Shown: positions 55,580 to 64,000 of the stretch, piece by piece
How the letters are laid out: the number at the start of each line of letters is the position of its first letter
Numbering within the stretch: position 1 is the stretch's first letter
Origin: Nemertoderma westbladi
Taxonomy: Eukaryota; Animalia; Xenacoelomorpha
DNA length: 64,000 nt
Direction of reading: 5' to 3'
Assembly (NCBI GenBank): GCA_032718475.1
Contig: JAUCBJ010009114.1
Span: 54,352 to 118,351 of the forward strand
Position numbers and translations under genes: made by a program
Notes under the pieces: generated by a model
What the model saw: only the letters and a program-made list of their open reading frames with translations
Database searches by the model: none
What the model was told of the DNA's origin: nothing

Positions 55580-57728
55580 TGTTACGATATATGGCGCTGT
55601 ACCTATATTAGTCGTTATACAGTATAATTAATTAGATAAGCCATAAAGAAGCACAATCATATTTAGATAAGGAAAGTAAAACGCCTATATTCGAATTTAT
55701 CCATTTTATACAGTATGTAGTCCTACCTAGGTAATTTTGTAATAAAATATAAGTAAATAGATCCAGGGTAGCAAGTTTCCTATGAAACCCTTGATACAAG
55801 CTTGCTGTGATTAGCCTCAATAGAACTAACTGTGCATTGGTCTTAATTTTCCTTATATTTGCGCTAAATTAATTTCTATGTATCATATTATTAGTACCGC
55901 TAAATTAAGCATCGCCAAAATTACCATATATGGTAACGATTTGTGATTTCAGCGAGCGATAGGTTCACAATCCGGCTTCCTCATTGGCCTAACTGCTTCC
56001 AGGTTGGTCTAATGGTAGCACGGATTGGGGAGCCAATCAGAGAACTATTGCATCATCCTCCATGAATCACCTATAAATTGGCGGTATTTCCGGTATGTGC
56101 TTTGTAATCTGCTGTGTAATCTCTGTCTAATCTTTGTAATCTTTATGTGATTTTGCCTGTATGTTTCTGTATTTTCTGCTTTTCAATTATTCTTGCAATA
56201 ATTCGCTAATTTGTAATTTCGACTGATTTCTTGGTGTGTTTCTCAATCAATCCCAATGATTACTGCTAATTACAATCGGAACTATGATTTCTACCCTTTA
56301 GTAAATGGTTCTATGTAATTCTTTTCGATGCAATAATCCCACGGGATTTCCTTAGACTGTCAGACTTTGTGATTGCATGCGCCGTTACGGTAGCTACCCA
56401 TTAGATGGAGGGCTGAGGTACCGGTAGGCGCGGCGGGCGCATCGGGGGGTTAGCGACGAAGGGAGTGCGGAGGATTCAAAGGCAAGCAACGCTGGCGGGG
56501 GGTCACCGTTGCGGTCGGGCAGTTAGCATTGTAGAGTGAAGACCGCTCGCTGGTACAGTAATTAGGGGGCTGATGATCCAGATTTTGTCTCTATTTTGTA
56601 GTATTAGGGGGGCAGGAATCGGGTTAATTAGGAAGTCTTAGATGTACCCGGGAGAGGCCTTCGTACTTCACGTTGCGAACTGCATTGTAGACTGCATCGC
56701 AAACTACGTTGCGAACTGTAGATTGCGAGTTGTGAACTGTGAATTGCTGACTGCTGATTGTGAATTGTACATTAGGAACTATAATTGGTAAGTATTAATT
56801 ATTGATTTACGCTGATTGGTATGTTGCTAAAGTGTGCCTAATAGATCATGAATGCTTAGATAGGCGCCCTTTTTCCTTTGATTGATTTCTATTTCTTAGT
56901 TTACGATAAATAATTACTGATATTGAATTGAATTACTGATAATACAGTATTTAGGCTGTTACTAGTGCAACCCGTTGTGTAATAAATTAGAATTACGCTT
57001 TCTGGAACACTTAGTAATTAGTACGCTGTTTCATATTTGTGACTGTAATTAATTAGTAAAATTAAGAATTTGTACGCAGCATAGCGGAGAGTAGTTAAGG
57101 TAATAATTTGGAGTACCGTAAACTATTCACGCTGGGCGGTTATTTGAAATTAGCGGGCAATAAGTTAGATCGCAGTATCCAGTACACAGAACGCAGTAGT
57201 AAATTGCTGGCCTAAAGCCAGCCGAAGGCAAGTTTAGTCCCATAGTAGGTATCAGTCCCTGATAAAACACTGTACCTCTTTTGATTATTTAAATATTCTC
57301 ACATTCACATATTCCGTTAGGGAACCCCAGTATTTGCGATTAGAAAAGACGCGGTTATTAGCGTGTTTTAACAGTAAGATTAGGCCATAAGAATATACTC
57401 TGGAGTGTAAAGCCTCTCATACTCGTTTTAAGTAAGCTTAGGGAGCCGATTCGGGTTTATTGTTTTGGTTATTCCCGCGTGGCTCATATGTTCGAACAGT
57501 TAGCTCTCTATCGAGCGATCGGTAGAGAAAGGAAGAAGCGATTAGCAGGAGCCGTAGAAAATTTGTAAAATATATTAGCGGACGGCAGGTTAGCGCCATC
57601 CAACGGTAAGTAGCGGTTTTGTATTTGGCAGCCCTACAGTAGTAATAGCACGCTCCTGATCACCCCTGTTTAACAGTAGAGCAGTCTTTGTGTCTTTATT
57701 GGTTAGGCAGGGACCCGCTAGTTTAACA
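55580..57728 (+). mobile_element. Probable solo LTR, about 2.15 kb
   Basis: Termini TGTTA...TAACA. Flanks ATATT (55575-55579) and GTATT (57729-57733) form a 4/5 target-site duplication. Internal CCAAT (~56034), TATAAA (~56072) and AATAAA (56981) in LTR order; no substantial ORF. Confidence 0.6.
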
Positions 57729-57823
57729 GTATTATTATCTATACTTTACTAAATAAATGTATTCAATATTTAAAATTTTAATGGTAACAAAAATAATAAA
57801 TTCCAATTGCAATTACTATACTA

Positions 57824-59225
57824 CTATTGCAACAGTTCAAACTGGGACGGTTTTGGGTAAAGAGTCCCCAAGAGATCCCTCACAATTCCCCTCACAATGT
57901 GGGCATTGGGGTTGTTTTGATCGACGCCATCATTGATACAAATAAACTTCTTAGTGTGACGACGGAGTTCGTCCATCTGTTTAATTGTATTGGCAACGCT
58001 GTTTGTTATGTACACATATTGCTCTTGGTAGGCTGACATGGCTTCGAACTGATATTTATTGCGTCTGCTGTATATAGAGGATTTACTTATCATCAACAGG
58101 AGAGGTTTACATGAAAGGAATACTTCTTTAGATACTGTTCGGCTGGTTGAGTTGCTGTCCTTGTCTAACTGCAGCGATTTCTCTGTGTTACTTTCAATGC
58201 AGTCGGATATGAAATTCTCCATTTCAGTTAAACTGGAGTTTGATAGCGGTATTGGGTAAAGCCTGCTTGTGAGCACTCTCAACTCTCTGTTGGATAGCAC
58301 CCCGGAGTCGTCTGTGTCGAGATTATCAAAAACTTGGCTAAAATCAAGTTCCACTTTGGCATCCATCAGATAGTTGAAGTAGGAGAAGGCAAATTGCATA
58401 TCTTCATCGTGACGTAGTTTATGGGAAGCTGTTTTAAGGAATTCTTTATGAAAGATTTCATGTAGTTCCTCTATAATTAGTTTATTAACAAAAACCGGCA
58501 CGTGGGTTGATATGAAACGGTCCTTGCGCCCAAACATCTTATTATACAATTCATTGACATACATCAAACTATTAATGAAATTGCCGAATGGGAGTTTTTG
58601 CATACGTTCATGCACGACAGTCACTGTCATGTATATAAGTGTTCCATTGGTTCTTGTGATGAAGTCTGAGGGCCAGATTGGTGCACCAAACATAAAATTA
58701 TCGTTGAGGTAGAGGAAGTTCTCGGAGATACCCGGAATGCGATGAAGTTGAGACTCTATGGCGGGGGAGCCGAAAGTGGGAAGATTCGACTTGTTCGCAA
58801 ATATCTCTTTGTGAGTTACTATGGTAACCCGGGGATTGCTAAGGTTCAACCAGTATGGGAGTTGCCCATTGGTCACGATGTAAATGTGTCGAAGCCACGG
58901 GGCATACAGGTCAACAGAACGTAGGGAGTATCGCAACTCCTCGTTGTCATAAAAACGGGTGGAACTTGTGCGATCGTCGAGGTGGGATTGGTCACTCCTC
59001 ACCCTCCCTTCCGTGTTCATCTCCCGTTCCAATTCCCTTCGGACTTTCTCCAATTTGACTAACATATCAGGGTCTGAACCATTCACCCAGGTGTAGACTA
59101 AGTCTACAGGAAACAGTTTGTCAAGATGTGAGTCATTCATCCTTGTGCTGACTAACTTGTCGCTTAACAGTTTTGTGGGATTTGAGACATTCTCCCAAGA
59201 GTATACGTACAAAGGTAACAAGTGA
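57824..59225 (-). CDS. GNPTAB-like Stealth-family GlcNAc-1-phosphotransferase, catalytic portion (3' part of a gene interrupted by a hAT element)
   Basis: Stealth CR1 FPVDLVYTWVNGSD; CR2 RFYDNEELRYSLRSV..APW..IVTNGQLP.WLNL.NPRVTIVTH..LPTFGSPAIESQLHRIPGISENFLYLNDN; CR3 HKLRHDEDMQFAFSYF; EF-hand DTDDSGVLSNRE; CR4 KKFICIND; C-terminal PSQFEL. All match recalled GNPTAB motifs. Confidence 0.93.
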
Positions 59226-61089
59226 CAGTGCCGGATTAACCTTAAGGCATATAAGGCACGTGCCTTAGGGCCAGCTGAAAATACGGGCCATTTTTTCTCA
59301 GCAAGTCATTCTTGTGAAAAAAATATTTTTATCTGAAAAGTCCCCATTTTTTCTCACTAAAATTTTTAGAAAACAGAGCAAGAAAGTGCATCTTTCGACT
59401 ACTTTCTATCCCTAAATTTCTGATAGAATGTGCACAATTCTAGCTCAGTCGACCGACAGGTGCTGTGTTATTAGTTCAAGACCTGATGGCAGGGAAATAA
59501 TAAAACATGGGCAGGAAAACTTTAAAGTGCTAATTATGAACAATGGAGAATTTAATTTTATTTATTTGTGAGGAATTATTTGTAGTTATGCACTGAAACG
59601 TTCTAGAACAACCTAATAATGACGCGGTGACATACTGGAATACTGTACATAGTAAATGTATGGCGTGGAGATATGGTAAGTGCGAAATTACTTTTTTTTA
59701 CCGGAAACGAGTTTTATAAATACATGAAATATAGGCCCTAATAGATAAAAAAAGAGGATAAATTAGTTGTAGATAAAATAGTTGTTGATAAAAAAAACGT
59801 GTCAGAAATAACTTCTTGACCCTAATTTAATTTAACCAAAATTGAGATGTTCTGCCCTCGTGTATTGAATTTAGCATTCGATGGCCTTTCCTGAAAAACC
59901 TAAAAGCATAATTAGGCAGCATAATTGAATTTGGTAAATTAAAATTAGTGACAAAAAGTACTTATTTCCAAGACTGTTTTCTATCGGAGAACATTTTTTT
60001 CTCAGCAAGTCCAAATCTAGATAAAAAATATTATATCTTTGCACAATGCACAAAGCCCACACTTTTGGTGTGTTATATTTCTCAGCAAGTCCTGTAAAGA
60101 TAAAACCGTGCAAAACCTACCCTACAGCAAATAAATAACTGATTTCCCACGATCCGATCAAAATTGCTAAATACCTACAGGAGCCAGTCAGCCTTAAGGG
60201 GGGCCAACTATAACCACACAGAAATGAAATTTTCGAAAATTTGCACAATTTTTTGTAGTTTGATAGAAGCGCTTTCATAAGATCGGTTTTCAAGATTGAA
60301 TTATTTTTTGACCTCAAAACTGCTCTTTTCAACAACATAATATATTGCTGATATTTATGACTCTCTGTATAAAACAACCTTTTTATCAGTTTGTCGATTT
60401 TGACTTTTTTTCATCACTAAATTCCTTACTACTATTTTATTTTTTACTCAATTGCTATCAAACATTATTCCAAAATGTCCAACAGCTTTAGGACTACTAT
60501 CGTTGGTTTTGTAAAACATGGCCATTTGGATCTTCTAGAGCCGATTTTGTAACAATTTTTTTGCACCTAGCTAAATTTGAAAAAACCGAACTGCTCAAAA
60601 AGTGCCATATTTTTCGAACAAACGGTTTATGAAGCTATCTATACTCAGTTTTCATAGTATATAAAATATCACAGATCATTGTGTTAAAATTTCAGAATAG
60701 TAGCTTTATAAATAAAACAAACAGCTTTGGGGTAATGGTCCCATTAATACTGTATATTAAAAATTAAAGCTTGAGAAATTCTACCAAAACAATTACACTT
60801 TTTATAGCCAAGGTTTTATAGGCATTATAGGCCGTTTCGTAATGTTACAATTCTTGATGAAAACTATTTTTGCAAAGTAGGCCTACTTATTATTAAAGTA
60901 CTTACTACTTATTTGCACCCAGTATCCAACGAAAATACTTTATATTTCCTTCGCAACATTTTCACAATTTCAGTTGTTTTTAGCAGATTTTTCTTTTGGA
61001 AGGGTTTGCGGAAAAATATAAATTTTCGGGCCATTTTTGGAAATTACTAAAATGTGCCTTAGGGCCACCAGATGCTTAATCCGGCACTG
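59226..61089. mobile_element. Non-autonomous hAT-type DNA transposon, 1864 bp
   Basis: Perfect 14-bp TIRs CAGTGCCGGATTAA / TTAATCCGGCACTG. Perfect 8-bp TSD ACAAGTGA (59218-59225 and 61090-61097). Subterminal motifs GTGCCTTAGGGCCA and CGGGCCATTTTT near both ends. No transposase ORF. Confidence 0.95.
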
Positions 61090-61097
61090 ACAAGTGA

Positions 61098-61231
61098 CCA
61101 ATATTATCATAGCGTACGACTTGTGATGTGAAATATACCACAAAAGGAACAAACAATAAGAAAGCAGCCAGATATATCTTCAGCCGACGTGTTGGACTCA
61201 CTGCTACACATAACATACGACAATGCTGCAT
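61098..61231 (-). CDS. N-terminal part of the GNPTAB-like gene (cytosolic tail and signal anchor), MQHCRMLCVAVSPTRRLKIYLAAFLLFVPFVVYFTSQVVRYDNI
   Basis: Removing the element and one TSD copy fuses this segment in frame with 57824-59225, giving a 511-aa ORF. There is an in-frame stop just upstream, and basic residues precede a hydrophobic stretch. Confidence 0.85.
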
Positions 61232-63159
61232 TATTTTACAGTATCATAGGTCTAAGCAAACTAACCTTGTTCATTCAAAATTTCCTAAATTATGCCTATT
61301 TCAGAAGTTAAGAGGGTCTTTTACCACCGGCTATCAGAAAAACTGTTTATAAAGACAGCCATAGCTAGGTCTATTCACTACAGTTACTGTCAGTAGTATT
61401 TAAAATTCACCTCACGTGTCCCTCTGGACACAACCTGGAGATAATTGTCAACTGAAGTGCAAAATAACAGTTTATCATAGTCGCGGTGATGAAGACACTC
61501 TTAACTCATCGAATATTATGTAAGTTTAATTTAAGTATAATGAGCAATTGCCACACCAAGAATACGAAATAAGAAATATAAACAAAAGTTAAGGGGGGGG
61601 GGGGGGGAATAACCAAACCAAATATGTTTAAAATTGACCCCAAAATGGCTCCGTAATGGCCAAAAGTGCCTTTTTACGCCAAGGGCTATTTCGCTACCAA
61701 TATTTGTTGGAATTTGTTGAAATTTGGAATATAAGTTCAGAAGAACTCTGCATCCAATTGTTCTGAACCAATTTTGCCTCAAATGCTCTGGAGCCTTTTA
61801 AGAACAAAACGGCCCCAAAAAAGGGCTTTTTTGGAAATTAGAAATTGTAGTGAATTTGATTAACATCGTGACAGAATGAGACCAAATCAGTCATATTATC
61901 ACACCTAGCGAAGTTTTGGCCAAAACTACTGTGTAGCTGATGCCTTATTTAAAAACTTTACTCTATTTAGTAATAAGTAATGGTAGACTAAAAAATTGGT
62001 AATAATTTTTCTTCTGCAGAAAGGATTTGTCTACTGTAGTTTGTTGTATTTGAGTGTACAGTACTATATATCTGGTAACAATACCAGTTCGTAAGAATAA
62101 ATAGTTGGTAATGTTCTAGAATTTCAATGATAACTGCTTTTCCTAGGTAGCAAGAGTTCCCTCTCTTTAGAAATATAACGCAATGGATTAAAGTAGCCAT
62201 CGCATAAATGGGCTAGCAATAATGGTAAACAACGTACTGTAAGGTGAAAAGTATACAGTACTGTACTTCAATATTCATAGTTAATTAAACCCTGAAAGGC
62301 TTTGCGACGTAAAAAGGTGAAATTCTGACAAACATGCCAAACAGTATTGAATTTTAAATACGTTCTTTAAGTCAATAAAACAATCTGAATTTAATTATCT
62401 GAAAAATCTTCGTTAAAATTTAGTGAAATTTACCTATTTCCTTGCAGTGGAATTGTATGATTTTTTTGTGGATCAATAGTCAGCTTAACCCTATTACCAC
62501 TGGGACTGGGGGGGGGGGGGGGGGGGGAGATTGGCCCCTCCAAGATTATAATTGCTTTAAGGGGGGGGGGGGGGGGGGGGTACACCCTTTTGGTCCAAAC
62601 TATGTTGGTGTTTCCAAATCTGAAAACCGCTATTTAATTAATAGCTCTTTTAGTTTTCAAGTTATAACAATTTCCATTTAGGGAGACCTATCGAAATTAC
62701 TACAGTATTACTATGTATAATGAAAGGTCGATTATATCCAAATATTAATTTTATGAAATTGTCAACTTCAAAACCCTACTACGTCTACAATTTTTGAGCA
62801 ATTAGACTGAAACTCAGGTCAGGTCAGGCATTCTAGGTCATTGATCAAGAAAACTTGCCACCTCCACGCAGCATAAAGGAGGTGCCACCTGTAGCTGCAT
62901 AGACCCTCTTACTAGGGCAAATCTGGTCCTGTAACTAGGACCCCCTTCGTTCTGGGATAAGGACGCCCTTGGTCCTGGATTAACCCTATCCATACCGGGG
63001 TACTTTAGACGCTCCACCTACCGGGGGGGGGACTTTTGGGGACGTAAAGTTTGGAAGCATATAACTTTGTGTGGTGTAATGATATCACTTTAAAGTAAAA
63101 AGTTTTAGATACAAAATTTATTCCTCTATCCAAATATGCCACACACTAATGCTGAAATA

Positions 63160-64000
63160 CAGGGTCTCCCATAAAATTTGTTACTACTTGAATTTATATA
63201 ACTCCCACGTTTTTTATATCAAATTAAAGCCAATATTCTAACTTAGATTTTGGTCCGTGTTTGGAGTCACAACGTTGTTATGGAAACAAAATACAGCCAA
63301 TTGAATTCCAAAGCCAGATTTTATACATTCGTAAGTGAAGCTTCGAGGCCGTTTAAATAGGTAATGCGCTATTTGGGACCGATACATGGTCATGAATATT
63401 GCTTGTTTGTCTATGAAAGGTTAAAATTCGAGGAACGTTGGTCATAAAGTGTATTTAGTTTTGGTTATTTATTTTATACAATTTATTTTGTGCCAATATC
63501 AACATACTAACTAATCTGACAACAAATAAAGTATACAATCAATGCAATACTGTATGTATGCTTACACACACTAGCATAAATAATAAATAATGCCTGTGAC
63601 GATATAATAAACCTGGATAATTGTAATGTACTTGTAATGTAATTGAATCTAAGAGTTAGATTGATTAGACACTAGAAGTTTAATGCTATTATTGTACCGG
63701 TATCTATTTGTAAATCTCTACGTGGCCACCTCCTATTTCCTGCACTTTTTCTAGTCTACTCATCATTTCTGCAAAGGATCTCTGAAGATGGCTTTCGGTA
63801 TTCCGTTGAGGCTTCAGTAATAGCAGGACGAAGTTGGGCCAAGGATTCAATCGGTGGCTATAAACTAAGTTCTTAATGTGGCCCCATAAATAGAAATCGC
63901 AAGGTGTCAGGTCCGGGGAGCGTGGTGGCCACAGCACTGGTCCATCTCTGCCAATCCAATGTCCGTTAAAATGACAGTCCAATAATTCTAACGATAAGCC
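63160..64000 (-). mobile_element. Tc1/mariner-superfamily transposon, 3' end with decayed transposase C-terminus (63704-63982); runs off the window
   Basis: WIGRDGPVLWPPRSPDLTPCDFYLWGHIK...GGGHVE transposase motifs. Candidate terminus TA|CAGGGTCTCCC at 63158-63170. Confidence 0.85.

Noticed and set aside
60194-60747. Kolobok-like MITE nested in the hAT element (TTAA-flanked)
   Set aside because: The putative TIRs (GGGGGGCCA versus TGGGACCA) match too poorly.
61483-61515. Hammerhead ribozyme-like TGATGAAGAC...TCGAA
   Set aside because: It lacks the CTGANGA and GAAA core and the pairing stems.
54897-62681. Short 60-100 aa ORFs listed in this interval
   Set aside because: No recognisable motifs; they lie in repeats or antisense to the GNPTAB-like CDS.

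Overview
AT-rich eukaryotic DNA, most likely from an invertebrate animal (spliceosomal introns, RTE/hAT/Tc1/LTR relics, SLC18B1- and GNPTAB-like genes). Bases 1-42646 are one 21-bp tandem satellite of about 2,030 units that runs off the left edge; the giant ORFs there are by-products of the repeat. The remaining 21 kb holds an intronless SLC18B1-like MFS transporter (+) and an unidentified multi-exon gene (-). One intron of that gene is filled by a 32-bp minisatellite that is an amplified copy of its own exon end plus splice donor. Also present: two decayed RTE-like LINE fragments, a palindrome with tRNA-derived ends, a probable 2.1-kb solo LTR, a minimal GNPTAB/Stealth-family gene (-) split by a non-autonomous hAT element that might be spliced out in frame, and the end of a Tc1/mariner element. 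All calls were made by eye; family assignments rest on recalled motifs, not database searches.
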